NCBI GenBank assembly: GCA_003140095.1 | Contig: PLIU01000157.1 | Span: forward strand, 971-64,970 | Direction: 5' to 3' | From: Verrucomicrobiales bacterium | Lineage (GTDB): Bacteria > Verrucomicrobiota > Verrucomicrobiia > Limisphaerales > Palsa-1400 | Length of the DNA stretch: 64,000 nt | Part shown: positions 26,604 to 36,369 of the stretch, in pieces | Layout: each line of letters opens with the position of its first letter | Position numbering within the stretch: position 1 is the first letter of the stretch | Notes under the pieces: generated by a model | What the model saw: only the letters and a program-made list of their open reading frames with translations | What the model was told of the DNA's origin: nothing | Databases searched by the model: none | Translations under genes and position numbers: made by a program

Positions 26604-28208
26604 ATGAAAGTAGAAGACACCAACGAAAGTCGTCTCATCGCCGCAGGTGTTGATTTAGCCCACTCGCCAGAGGGAGGGCTGTCGGAAGAAAATGGCGATC
26701 CGAACGAACGGCATTTCAATACCGATCATCTCCGAACCAACCTGAAAAATCGCACGGTGTCGAGTGGTTTTGTGACCTTGACGGCCCAAGGCGCGAAGTT
26801 TGCGCTCACTATCGCTTCCACGTACGTCCTGTCGCGGTTGCTGGAGATACCTGACTTCGGACTCCTGGCCATGGTGACGACCATAATGGGTCTCTTGCGC
26901 GTGTTCAAGGATGCGGGCCTATCCTCGGCCACGGTCCAGCGGGATGACATTACGCACGCCCAGGTGTCCAATTTGTTTTGGATCAATGTCGGGGTGGCAG
27001 GGCTGCTGGCTTTGATCATGGCCGCATCGGCTCCGGCGATCGCTTGGTTTTACCGGGAGCCCAAATTGGTCGGGATCACGCTTTGGCTTTCGGTCACATT
27101 TTTGATCAGCGGTTCCACGGTGCAACATCAGGCGCTTTTGCGCAGGCAGATGCGGTTTAAGGCGATGGCAGTGATTGAAGTCGGATCCATGACGGTGAGT
27201 TTGATCGTCGGTGTGTTGATGGCGTGGTTGGGCTGCGGTTACTGGGCACTGGTCGGAATGAATCTGGCTTTGGAAGCCTCTGGGTTTGCGCTGACGTGGT
27301 GGGTGTCGCGGTGGCGGCCGCAACGGCCAAGGCGCGGGAGCGGGACATGGTCGTTGCTCAATTTTGGCATCAATATGACGGCAGGTTCGGCGGTTTACAT
27401 TTTTTCGCGGGGCGCGGATACGATGCTAATAGGCTGGCGTTATGGAGCCGACGCCACGGGGCTTTACTCGCGCGCTTTGGCACTGCTGATGCGTCCCCTG
27501 GATCAACTTATGGCTCCGGTTGGCGCCGTTTTTATCCCCACGCTTTCACGGCTGCAGAATGATCCGGAGCGCTACCGCCGGGCTTTCCTCCGGCTTTACG
27601 AGGCGATGGCCCTGGTTAGTTTTGGTTTCTCCGGGATTTTTTTTGCCTTGTCGCGCCCGATCACGCTGTGGTTGCTCGGCCCGAAATGGGAGGCGGCGGC
27701 GGTCATATTCAAGGCCTTCGCCTTAGCCGCGCTCTATTTCCCCATTGGGACAGCGGTGGTCTGGGCCGTGGTTAGCCAGGGCCGCGGCAAGGAGTTTTTG
27801 CGGATAAACCTGATCACGTCGGTGATCACGATTTCTGCGTTTGTGGCCGGCTTGCCGTTTGGGCCTGTCGGGGTGGCGTTTGCATTTTCGATCGCGGGCT
27901 TGCTAGTTTCAGTGCCGGTGACTTTTTATCTGGCCGGAAGAAGAGGCTCGGTGAGAACAAGAGACTTGTGGGCTGGATTCTTTCGCCACCTGCCGTTGTG
28001 GGCGGTTGTGGCGGGCGTCACGGCTCTGGCGCGCGCGCGGGTGGCTGATTTTTCGCCATTCATTCAGTTGCTGCTCTGCGGGCCAATTGGCTTGGCGGCC
28101 GGCGTCGGCACAATCCTTGCCATCAAACCGCAAAGGGAGGTTGCGGCGCATCTTGTTGGCGCCGTCAGAGGGATGCTCGCCGCACGAAGAGCAGCCGGAA
28201 CCACATGA
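26604..28208 (+). CDS. Wzx-type polysaccharide flippase (MOP superfamily)
   Basis: LKNRTVSSGFVTLTAQGAKFALTIASTYVLSRLL.PDFGLLAMV....LLRVFKDAGLSSATVQR, with about 12-14 hydrophobic segments. The ORF track starts at TTG 26583. The first ATG is 26604. Confidence 0.8.
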   Translation: MKVEDTNESRLIAAGVDLAHSPEGGLSEENGDPNERHFNTDHLRTNLKNRTVSSGFVTLTAQGAKFALTIASTYVLSRLLEIPDFGLLAMVTTIMGLLRVFKDAGLSSATVQRDDITHAQVSNLFWINVGVAGLLALIMAASAPAIAWFYREPKLVGITLWLSVTFLISGSTVQHQALLRRQMRFKAMAVIEVGSMTVSLIVGVLMAWLGCGYWALVGMNLALEASGFALTWWVSRWRPQRPRRGSGTWSLLNFGINMTAGSAVYIFSRGADTMLIGWRYGADATGLYSRALALLMRPLDQLMAPVGAVFIPTLSRLQNDPERYRRAFLRLYEAMALVSFGFSGIFFALSRPITLWLLGPKWEAAAVIFKAFALAALYFPIGTAVVWAVVSQGRGKEFLRINLITSVITISAFVAGLPFGPVGVAFAFSIAGLLVSVPVTFYLAGRRGSVRTRDLWAGFFRHLPLWAVVAGVTALARARVADFSPFIQLLLCGPIGLAAGVGTILAIKPQREVAAHLVGAVRGMLAARRAAGTT

Positions 28209-28235
28209 CTCCTATCAACGCAGGGGGCTTCGGCG

Positions 28236-29063
28236 ATGGAACGTGATCAGTTATTTATGGAGATGAACTACACTGGTGAGCGCATGGTGCCAGGTAAGGC
28301 GGACTCTTACACTTTTTGGGAGCACATTTATCGCTACCGTTTTGCCGCCCCCTATGTAGAGGGTGAGAAGGTGTTGGATATTGCTTGCGGCGAAGGATAC
28401 GGCTCGGCCGCTTTGTTGCGAGCAGGCGCAGCCACTTTGATAGGAGTAGATGTGTCCCGCGAGGCATGCGAGCATGCAGCCCTTCGTTACGGAATTGAAA
28501 CCAGGGTGGGTGACGCGACCAAGATTCCTTTGGAGGACGCTTGCGTCGATATCGTGGTTTCATTCGAAACCATCGAACACGTTGCCCGGCCTGATTTGTT
28601 CTTGGATGAGTGCGTCCGGATCCTTGCACCGGGCGGGCAAGTCATCATTTCGACACCCAACCGCGATTCCTACCGCGAATGCGCCCCTCACAACCCCTAC
28701 CATTTAAAGGAGTTAAACGAGGAGGAATTTGTGGCCTTGCTCCGCGCTCGCTTTGCCAAGTTCCAAATGTACACCCAGCGACCGAATTCGGCCGCGTGGT
28801 GGTCGCCGCGGATTCTGTCGAGTGCGCACTCGATTTGGTGGAAATGGCGCGGCTTTGGGCGGGCGCGCCTGCTGATGCAGCACTTATTTTGTCCGGAGGT
28901 TGTCCGGCTCAAGACTTTGACCGAAGCCCGAAAAGATCCAGTTCAAACGATACTCTCGCCTATCGGCGCCCTTTCTCATTTGGCAAATCCCTTTGCCATC
29001 CGGCCCAAAAGTGCCGCATCCAAGGAGGTGCCCGTTTACTTGATCGCGGTAGCTTCCCTTTGA
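28236..29063 (+). CDS. Class I SAM-dependent methyltransferase
   Basis: YTGERMVPG..., VLDIACGEGYGSAALL (motif I), VDIVVSFETIEHV, ILAPGGQVIISTPN. Confidence 0.8.
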   Translation: MERDQLFMEMNYTGERMVPGKADSYTFWEHIYRYRFAAPYVEGEKVLDIACGEGYGSAALLRAGAATLIGVDVSREACEHAALRYGIETRVGDATKIPLEDACVDIVVSFETIEHVARPDLFLDECVRILAPGGQVIISTPNRDSYRECAPHNPYHLKELNEEEFVALLRARFAKFQMYTQRPNSAAWWSPRILSSAHSIWWKWRGFGRARLLMQHLFCPEVVRLKTLTEARKDPVQTILSPIGALSHLANPFAIRPKSAASKEVPVYLIAVASL

Positions 29064-29068
29064 ATGGC

Positions 29069-30052
29069 ATGCCTGACATTTCCGAAATCACATTGGACAT
29101 GGAATCTCAACCACCACCTGCTCTAGCACCGGTTTCGGAAAATGGAGCGACCTTTTGGTCGGTCATGATACCGACTTATCGGCCGAGGGAGGACTATCTC
29201 CGCAAAACCATCGAGTCTGTGCTCCAGCAGGATAGAGGCTCCAAGGAGATGCAGATTGAAGTGGTGGATGATTGCTCCCCAGATGTTGACGTTGAAGCGA
29301 TGCTCAAGTCCATCGCGGGAGAGCGAATCGCATTCTCTCGAACCTCAAAAAATCTGGGTTTGGCGGGCTGCTGGAATGCTTGCGTAGAGCGTTCGCGCGG
29401 CCAGTGGGTGCATATTTTGCACCAGGATGATTTCGTGCTGCCGGAATTTTACCGTCGGCTCCAACAAGGCGCCCGACTTCATCCTGAAGTTAGTTTGATT
29501 GCGACGCGGTCATTTTTCGTCGATGAAGACGGCGTCATTCTGCGTGTCACAGAGAGGTTGCGCGATTTGGAAAATGGAGGACGTGATGTGAAGGCTTTTC
29601 TTTACGGGAATCCCCTGCAATGCGCCGGGGTCGCGGTCCGGAGAACTTTCTTTGAAGCCAACGGGGGTTACAACCCGGAGTTGGTGTACACCTTGGATTT
29701 GGAAATGTGGACGCGCGTAATTAGCATGGCTGGCGGTCTTGTCACTCCAGAGCCGCTCTCCTGCTATCGCCTATCCAAAGGAAGCGAAACCTCGCGCCTG
29801 GCGCGCTTTGCGGAAGACGTGCGCGAGTTCGACAGGTTAAACCAACTTTTCTTAGAGAGACATCCAGGGTTTGACTGCAACAAGGCAGCGCGGGAGATTT
29901 GCCTTGCGGCATTAAGCCACGCCGAGCGCTTTTGGGAGAATGGCGATGCTGAAGCGGCCGAAGCAAATCTGGCCTATTGGAGGAGGAATGCTCCAGTATC
30001 ACTGCGCTTGCACAAGTTCGCCGGCAAAATGGCAAAAAGCCTTTTCAGATGA
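29069..30052 (+). CDS. GT2-family glycosyltransferase
   Basis: ATG 29069 (MPDISEITL...). WSVMIPTYRPREDYLRKTIESVLQQ...IEVVDDCSPD...HILHQDDFVLP. Confidence 0.8.
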   Translation: MPDISEITLDMESQPPPALAPVSENGATFWSVMIPTYRPREDYLRKTIESVLQQDRGSKEMQIEVVDDCSPDVDVEAMLKSIAGERIAFSRTSKNLGLAGCWNACVERSRGQWVHILHQDDFVLPEFYRRLQQGARLHPEVSLIATRSFFVDEDGVILRVTERLRDLENGGRDVKAFLYGNPLQCAGVAVRRTFFEANGGYNPELVYTLDLEMWTRVISMAGGLVTPEPLSCYRLSKGSETSRLARFAEDVREFDRLNQLFLERHPGFDCNKAAREICLAALSHAERFWENGDAEAAEANLAYWRRNAPVSLRLHKFAGKMAKSLFR

Positions 30053-30068
30053 TCATGCTGATCAAGCC

Positions 30069-31040
30069 ATGGAAATGAACGTTTCGGTCATTATTTGCAC
30101 ACGGGACCGCGCGGCCCGTTTGGATCAAACGCTTTCCTCGCTGGAAGCACTCACGATTCCTGCCGGCCTGAGTTGTGAAGTTGTAGTTGTGGACAACGGA
30201 TCGACCGACCAAACACCGCAGGTTGTTCGGAAGCATTCGGCTGCCAGGATCCCGCCTCGGTACCTTTTGGAATCGGAGCCTGGACAATCAAGAGCGCGAA
30301 ATACTGGCGTGGCGGCTTCGGAAGGTGAGATCATACTGTTTACCGACGATGACGTGGTGCCGGCTAAGGATTGGCTGGAACGTATGTGCCGTCCGTTGCT
30401 GGAAAGGGAGTGCGATGGGGCTGTGGGACACATCGAATTGGCCAAGGAGGTGTGCCGGCCATGGATGACCGAAGGGCAAAAGGCTGGATTGGCGTTTTAT
30501 GATGGACCCGGAGACGGGCCGTTGGAACTCATTGGCGCTAATATGGGGTTCCATCGGTCTGTGATCGAGCGTGTCCCCGCCTTTGACCCTGAAATCGGCC
30601 CTGGGGCTTTGGGTCTTTTTGACGACACGCTGTTCTCCTGGCAATTGGCCGAGGCCGGTTTCCGATTACGCTATATTCCGGAGGCGTCGGTGATTCATTA
30701 TCCAGACCCAACGCGCCTATTGCGGCGCCATTGTCTGTCGGCCGGCCGGACGTTCGGCATCAGCAAGGCCTATGTTCTTCACCATTGGCAGCATGAGAAA
30801 GTGCCGTTCCCTCGCCTGCGATACTGCTACGTCGGGCTCAAATTACGCCTGCGCCGGTTGCTTGAACCGCCGCCAGCGCTTGATGTGGAAGGGATCGCTC
30901 CTTGGGAAATGAGCTACGTGGCAGAAATGGAGAAAAATCGGCAGTTCCTGATCGAACGCCAGCGGCCTAGAAATTATTCCAAGCGCGGCCTGCGCAAGAT
31001 CGGCGGCTACCACAGCATGAAGCAAGCTTGCAAATCTTGA
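30069..31040 (+). CDS. GT2-family glycosyltransferase
   Basis: ATG 30069 (MEMNVSVIICTRDRAARLDQTLSSL...VVVVDNGSTDQT...ILFTDDDVVP). Confidence 0.8.
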   Translation: MEMNVSVIICTRDRAARLDQTLSSLEALTIPAGLSCEVVVVDNGSTDQTPQVVRKHSAARIPPRYLLESEPGQSRARNTGVAASEGEIILFTDDDVVPAKDWLERMCRPLLERECDGAVGHIELAKEVCRPWMTEGQKAGLAFYDGPGDGPLELIGANMGFHRSVIERVPAFDPEIGPGALGLFDDTLFSWQLAEAGFRLRYIPEASVIHYPDPTRLLRRHCLSAGRTFGISKAYVLHHWQHEKVPFPRLRYCYVGLKLRLRRLLEPPPALDVEGIAPWEMSYVAEMEKNRQFLIERQRPRNYSKRGLRKIGGYHSMKQACKS

Positions 31041-31095
31041 GAATGGAACTCCAATCGTGGCAGGACTCCATTCCAAACAGTTAGGCCCTAAAATC

Positions 31096-31698
31096 ATGAC
31101 CGTTGATAACGCATTGGCACAAGTGACGGCCTCCTTGAAGGAGGGCGCCGAACTGCGGATGAAAGTGGCACAAGAGTGCGGCCCCGCTATTGTGCAGGCG
31201 GCTTGCGCGATGACCAAATGCCTCCGGGCCGGCGGCAAGTTGCTCTTTTTCGGCAACGGCGGCAGCGCGGCGGACGCCCAGCATTTGGCGGCGGAATTTG
31301 TCGGCCGATTCGTGCTGGAACGCAGGGGCTTGCCGGCGATGGCCTTGACGTCCGATTCCTCCATTCTGACGGCGCTGGGAAATGATTACGGATTCGACAG
31401 GGTTTTTTCCCGGCAGATCGAGGCTTTAGGCCAGGCCGGGGACGTGGCCGTTGGCATCAGCACCAGCGGCAACTCTCCCAACGTCGTCGCCGCGCTCAAG
31501 CAGGCTAAGAGTCAGCATCTCAAGACGATAGGTTTGGCCGGCAAAGATGGCGGGCTGCTCCGTCAGTTCTGCGATATTCCATTGATCGTGGCCTCACCGA
31601 ACACGGCGCGCGTGCAGGAGTGCCACATCACCATCGGACATTTGCTGTGCGAGTTGGTGGAAAACGAGCTGTCGGGATGCAAGCCCGGCCGCCTATGA
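31096..31698 (+). CDS. gmhA: Sedoheptulose-7-phosphate isomerase (phosphoheptose isomerase, SIS domain)
   Basis: LLFFGNGGSAADAQHLAAEFVGRF..ERRGLPAMALTSDSSILTALGNDYGFDRVFSRQIEALGQAGDVAVGISTSGNSPNV. GTG 31057 is an alternative start. Confidence 0.85.
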   Translation: MTVDNALAQVTASLKEGAELRMKVAQECGPAIVQAACAMTKCLRAGGKLLFFGNGGSAADAQHLAAEFVGRFVLERRGLPAMALTSDSSILTALGNDYGFDRVFSRQIEALGQAGDVAVGISTSGNSPNVVAALKQAKSQHLKTIGLAGKDGGLLRQFCDIPLIVASPNTARVQECHITIGHLLCELVENELSGCKPGRL

Positions 31699-32873
31699 GA
31701 ATAGCCTATATCACTCCTTACAAGGGGCCTGTTTTGATGGAGCGGCGCCCCAGCCTGAGAAATCTGAGCCTGTCGAACAAGGTGAAGATTGAACTGGTTT
31801 CCCACGCACTGCGCGCGGGCGGGCATGACGTGGAAATAATCTCGCAAGGGGAGGTGGACCGGTATGAATACAAGTATTATCGGGGTTTTCAGGAGCCGAA
31901 GGGTTTTCATCCGGAAATTCCGATTCACTACGCATCTTCGTTGCCGATCCGTTTTGTCAACGGGATTTGGTCGAAGTGGCGGACCGTCCGTCTATTCCAA
32001 GCCCTGCATCGACGTTCGCCGTTTGATTTGGTGATTATATTCAACATGAAATCGGGACACATCGGCTGCGCCTGCCACGCGGCGCGGCGGCTGCGCGTGC
32101 CGGTCATCCTGGAGTATGAGGATGATTCGTTCGTGGACATTCTCGGGCGCAGTGCTGGCGGATTCAAGGCCAGGCATCATCGCAAAGCCTGCCTGCGGAC
32201 CTTGCAGCTCATCTCCGGGGGCATCGCTGTTTCTCCCCACTTATTGTCGCAGTTTCGCCCCGAACTGCCGAGGTTGTTGCTGCGAGGCGTGGTCGGCGGG
32301 GATATTTCCGGCACCAACGGCCCGATGGGGGAAGGACGGAAGAACTGGATTCTCTATTCGGGCACCCATACCGAGACCAACGGTATTGCGCAGTTAATCC
32401 AGGGTTACGGCCGCCTGCGCAAGGCTGGATGGGAATTGCACATCACAGGCCATGGCGAAAAGACGGAGGAGTTCAAAAAACTGGCAGAACCTATTTCAGG
32501 CATAGTGTTTCACGGACTGGTCAGCAGGAAGGAGTTGGTGTCGCTCTTGCGCTCGGCCCGGTTTTGCGTCAATCCCCAACGATCGAGCCAGATTCCTGGG
32601 AACGTGTTCCCGTTCAAAATCATTGAGTATCTCGCCGCCGGAGCGCATGTGGTCAGCACGCCGTTGGGAGGGGTGGAAAAGGAGATTGAACGGGGCGTTT
32701 CTTACATGCCGGATAATGAACCTGAGACAATTGCGGCGGCGCTGGACTTGGCAATTCAGGGGCGGATGTGGGAGAATAACGCCGCCGAATATATCTGTGG
32801 CACCTACGGGCCGGAGGCGGTGGCAAAATCGCTCCGTGCGCTCTTGGAGCAGGTGATGGCGCGCGCCGCTTAA
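31695..32873 (+). CDS. GT4-family glycosyltransferase
   Basis: ATG 31695 (ATGA overlap). MRIAYITPY...; C-terminal NVFPFKIIEYLAAGAHVVSTPLGG (E-x7-E-like). Confidence 0.8.
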   Translation: MRIAYITPYKGPVLMERRPSLRNLSLSNKVKIELVSHALRAGGHDVEIISQGEVDRYEYKYYRGFQEPKGFHPEIPIHYASSLPIRFVNGIWSKWRTVRLFQALHRRSPFDLVIIFNMKSGHIGCACHAARRLRVPVILEYEDDSFVDILGRSAGGFKARHHRKACLRTLQLISGGIAVSPHLLSQFRPELPRLLLRGVVGGDISGTNGPMGEGRKNWILYSGTHTETNGIAQLIQGYGRLRKAGWELHITGHGEKTEEFKKLAEPISGIVFHGLVSRKELVSLLRSARFCVNPQRSSQIPGNVFPFKIIEYLAAGAHVVSTPLGGVEKEIERGVSYMPDNEPETIAAALDLAIQGRMWENNAAEYICGTYGPEAVAKSLRALLEQVMARAA

Positions 32874-32977
32874 AACGAGCCTGTCATCGCCCTACCTATG
32901 GGCACGCTGGAGCAGGAATTCGAAAACAATATCACTTATTTGCCATCGCATTCCCCCCAGACGATTGTCTCTACTTG

Positions 32978-33727
32978 ATGAACTCAAATGACCTTGGTGC
33001 GCCGCAGGCTACGGAAGCGGTTCCCGACTTGTCTCGTCGGACCAAATCAGCGCTTCAGGCGCGGCCATGCTTTGGGTTGCTCCATCGCCGGGAACGCTGG
33101 GGATTGTCCTGGCGGGGTTGGTTCGCCGCCAGTGGATTGGCCGCACTGCTGAGCGTTTTGTTCATATTCCGGGTTTACCCATTCTTAGCCGTCACGGAGC
33201 GCCAACCGCTCTCGGACTATCTCATCGCCGAAGGGTGGGCGCCGGTGGACGTTCTGAGGGGGGCGTGTGAGGAGTTTAAGGCCGGCGGCTATCGGAAAAT
33301 TGTGGTCAGCGGGTGTGTCGTTCACGACGAATGGACCGACAAGCCTAGCGTCACTTACGCCGACTGGGGCGCTTACAAGCTCCGCCGGCTGGGTATACCC
33401 GAGGATCTTATTCAGCCAGTTCCGTGTTTGATCCAGAAAAAGGATCGCACCTATTGTTCGGCGTTGGCTGTGAAGCAGTGGATGGGCGAGCATGGCATTC
33501 ATCCCCAGCAAATCAATGTTGTCACGGATGGAGCGCACGCCCGTCGCAGTCGGTTGCTGTTTCAAAAAGCGTTCGGGCCGGAAGTAAAAGTGGGCATCAT
33601 TGCCGTCGCGGACCCGCAGTTCGATCCCGACCATTGGTGGCGCTCGAGCGAAGGCGTGCGTGAGGTGGTCGGGGAGACGATTGCTTACCTGTATGCTAGA
33701 CTTTTATTTCATCCAGCGGCATCATGA
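32978..33727 (+). CDS. DUF218/YdcF(ElyC/SanA)-family protein with an N-terminal membrane anchor
   Basis: TM WFAASGLAALLSVLFIFRVYPFLAV. ...YRKIVVSG....T.A......LGIPEDLI......DRTYCSALAV.....HGI....VVTDGAHARRSRLLFQKAF. Confidence 0.7.
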   Translation: MNSNDLGAPQATEAVPDLSRRTKSALQARPCFGLLHRRERWGLSWRGWFAASGLAALLSVLFIFRVYPFLAVTERQPLSDYLIAEGWAPVDVLRGACEEFKAGGYRKIVVSGCVVHDEWTDKPSVTYADWGAYKLRRLGIPEDLIQPVPCLIQKKDRTYCSALAVKQWMGEHGIHPQQINVVTDGAHARRSRLLFQKAFGPEVKVGIIAVADPQFDPDHWWRSSEGVREVVGETIAYLYARLLFHPAAS

Positions 33728-33759
33728 GAGGCACGAAAGGCTGGATGAGAAAGAAGACA

Positions 33760-33793
33760 CCGAGGCCTGTTGGGCATGCGCCTCGGCTTTTTT
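33760..33793 (+). terminator. Candidate rho-independent terminator inside the glycan locus
   Basis: CCGAGGC (33760-66), 13-nt loop, GCCTCGG (33780-86), C, then TTTTTT (33788-93). It lies 33 nt after the DUF218 stop and before ATG 33814. Confidence 0.55.
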
Positions 33794-33813
33794 CACGTAG
33801 CATCGGCGAACGA

Positions 33814-35139
33814 ATGAACAATACAAGCTCAAGCAGGCTCTGGTGGCTGGTCGTGCCCTCCATTTGGGCGTGCCACATCTCTGCGGTGGCGCAAGAGGAA
33901 ATTTACCAAGGTCCGGTGCCGTACAATTTCCAGTCCCAAGTGGTTGGTACGACGTCGCCCGGCTCGGCCCAGTCCGGCACACCCTTTATGGGGACCAGCA
34001 GCCTGGCTGGCTCGCCGCTGAACGTGGGAAATTCTCTTTCGACGAGACCGAGCCTTGTGGAATGGGGGCCGTTCCGTGTTTATCCGCAGATCAGTTACTT
34101 GTTTACTTACGGCAACGGCCTGGAAGCCGAGCCCGGCATAAACTCGACCACGGCCATCAATACGGTGACCCCTGACATGCTGATTAAAATAGGCCAAGCA
34201 TGGACGCTTGATTACGCTCCGAGCCTGGCCTATTATTCGAATCCGCTTTTTCACAATACAACGGACCAACGCGTGGTGCTCGCAGGCGGCACGACCTATG
34301 GCAACTGGACGCTGAATTTATCGCAAAGTTATATCGACACCACCGATCCGCTGGTGGAGACGGGAACGCAAGTCGAGCAAGAGGTGTATGCGACGGCCCT
34401 CAATGCGGCTTGGCAGATGAACGGCCATCTGTCGTTGCAACTGGGATTGAATCAGAACTTTCGCTTTGCCCAGGCGTACATCGATTTGCACGAATGGACA
34501 ACGTCCGACTGGCTAAACTACCAATTCGAGCGGCAGCTTGGGGTCGCGATCGGGGTGACCGGCGGGTATGACGAAGTGAGCCTTGGCTCGGACATGCCGT
34601 TCGAAGAGGCCCAGGGAAGGGTGAGTTTTCAACCGGGACCCAAGCTGTCCCTCAGCGCGACTGGAGGGATTGAGGACAGGCAGTTTATCCATCCGTCCGC
34701 GCCGGCCTTGGTGACTCCTATTTTTAATGCTACAGCGCAGTATCAAGCGAGCGCGGGGACTACACTCACCGTTTCCGGCGGCCGGACGGTAACTCCAACC
34801 TTCTACGGAAATGAGATCCAAGTTGTCACAAGCGTCAGTGGGGGTATCCGCCAGCACATTGTCGGGAAAACATTTCTCTCGATCAACGGCAGTTATGTCT
34901 CGGAGCCCTTTACGAGCATAGTGGCAGCCTCGCCATATTATTTCGGCGTCCCGCCGAGCACAAGCGTGGCGCAAACTCGGTCCGACACGTTTACCAACAT
35001 CAGGGTAACCCTGTCCACGGCCTTCCGCAGTCACCTGACCGGGTCCATTTTTTACAGTCGAAGCGACAATTCCTCCAGCCAGATCGATTACTCGTACACT
35101 GGCAACCAGGTTGGCCTCCAACTGAATTACCAGTTTTAA
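33814..35139 (+). CDS. Outer-membrane beta-barrel protein of the kind found in exosortase/EPS loci (function unknown)
   Basis: ATG 33814 gives a signal peptide MNNTSSSRLWWLVVPSIWACHISAVAQ. Alternating beta-strand pattern throughout. C-terminus ...VGLQLNYQF. Confidence 0.65.
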   Translation: MNNTSSSRLWWLVVPSIWACHISAVAQEEIYQGPVPYNFQSQVVGTTSPGSAQSGTPFMGTSSLAGSPLNVGNSLSTRPSLVEWGPFRVYPQISYLFTYGNGLEAEPGINSTTAINTVTPDMLIKIGQAWTLDYAPSLAYYSNPLFHNTTDQRVVLAGGTTYGNWTLNLSQSYIDTTDPLVETGTQVEQEVYATALNAAWQMNGHLSLQLGLNQNFRFAQAYIDLHEWTTSDWLNYQFERQLGVAIGVTGGYDEVSLGSDMPFEEAQGRVSFQPGPKLSLSATGGIEDRQFIHPSAPALVTPIFNATAQYQASAGTTLTVSGGRTVTPTFYGNEIQVVTSVSGGIRQHIVGKTFLSINGSYVSEPFTSIVAASPYYFGVPPSTSVAQTRSDTFTNIRVTLSTAFRSHLTGSIFYSRSDNSSSQIDYSYTGNQVGLQLNYQF

Positions 35140-35277
35140 CGGAAGGTGCCATCGGCGTTCAGCTTGGTGTTGGGGTTAGGGGTTGGCCTGCTGCTGGCTT
35201 GGCCGTGTGCAGGCATGGTGATTTTTTCAAGCAGAATCACCCGGTTGCATTGAGAAAGCAAAGAGTTCTCGATTTGA

Positions 35278-36357
35278 ATGAGTGAATTGCAGAAATTGAA
35301 ACAGAGTCTCTCCGCCGCCCGCGCGACTTGGCTGGTAACCGGGGTGGCCGGTTTCATTGGCTCCAACCTCCTGGAGGCGCTCTTGCGCCTGGGGCAAACC
35401 GTGACCGGGTTCGACAACCTCTCCACGGGCCGCAAGGAGAACCTGAACCAAGTCCGCGCCGCCGTTGGACCGGGTTTGTGGAAGAATTTCCGCTGGACCG
35501 AAGGCGACATTCGAGACGCGGCGCTCTGCCGGCGCGTCACCCGAGGGCAGGACTACATCCTGCACCAAGCCGCGCTGGGTTCGGTCCCCCACTCGTTGGA
35601 GGACCCCGTCCAGACCAATGACAGCAACGTCAACGGCTTTGTGAAACTGTTGTGGGCCGCCAAGGAGAATGGAGTCAAACGATTTGTTTTCGCCTCCAGC
35701 AGCGCCGTCTATGGCGACGAGACAACCCTGCCGCAAAGGGAACGGAAAATCGGCCGATGCCTGTCTCCTTACGCCGCGTCCAAACGGATCAATGAACTCT
35801 ACGCCGACGTGTTTGCCGGGTGTTATGGTCTGGAGACGATGGCCTTGCGCTACTTCAATGTCTTTGGCCCGCGCCAGGACCCCAACGGCGCTTATGCGGC
35901 CGTGATTCCAAAATGGATTGCCGCGATGATTCAAAATGAACCCGTCTGTATCAACGGAGACGGTTCGACCAGCCGCGACTTTTGCTACATCGCCAACGTC
36001 GTGCAGGCCAACCTCCTGGCGGCGACGACGCAAAACCGCCGGGCGGTGAACCAAATATTTAATATCGCCCTCGGCGCGCAAACAACGTTGAATGAATTGT
36101 TCGAACTGCTCCGTGGCCGTCTGTTGCTGGCGCACGGCCATCTGCGCGGATTCCGGCCGCGCTACGGCGAATTCCGGCCTGGAGACATTCTTCATTCGCG
36201 AGCCGATATCGGCCAGGCGCGCCGCCTCCTTGGGTACCGGCCCACCCACAACCTTGAAGAAGGCCTGGATGAAGCCCTGGATTGGTACGTGCGGGATTTC
36301 TCCGCCAGGCGCAGCAGCGCTGGGCGCCAGGCACAAACAGCCGTCCTGGCCCGGTAA
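35278..36357 (+). CDS. NAD-dependent sugar-nucleotide 4-epimerase (WbpP/VipB(TviC)-like extended SDR)
   Basis: [39 protein letters not shown]...ILHQAALGSVP.S..DP...NDSNVNGF..LL.AA...VKRFVFASSSAVYGD...SPYAASK. Confidence 0.8.
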   Translation: MSELQKLKQSLSAARATWLVTGVAGFIGSNLLEALLRLGQTVTGFDNLSTGRKENLNQVRAAVGPGLWKNFRWTEGDIRDAALCRRVTRGQDYILHQAALGSVPHSLEDPVQTNDSNVNGFVKLLWAAKENGVKRFVFASSSAVYGDETTLPQRERKIGRCLSPYAASKRINELYADVFAGCYGLETMALRYFNVFGPRQDPNGAYAAVIPKWIAAMIQNEPVCINGDGSTSRDFCYIANVVQANLLAATTQNRRAVNQIFNIALGAQTTLNELFELLRGRLLLAHGHLRGFRPRYGEFRPGDILHSRADIGQARRLLGYRPTHNLEEGLDEALDWYVRDFSARRSSAGRQAQTAVLAR

Positions 36358-36369
36358 GTTTCCATCCCT

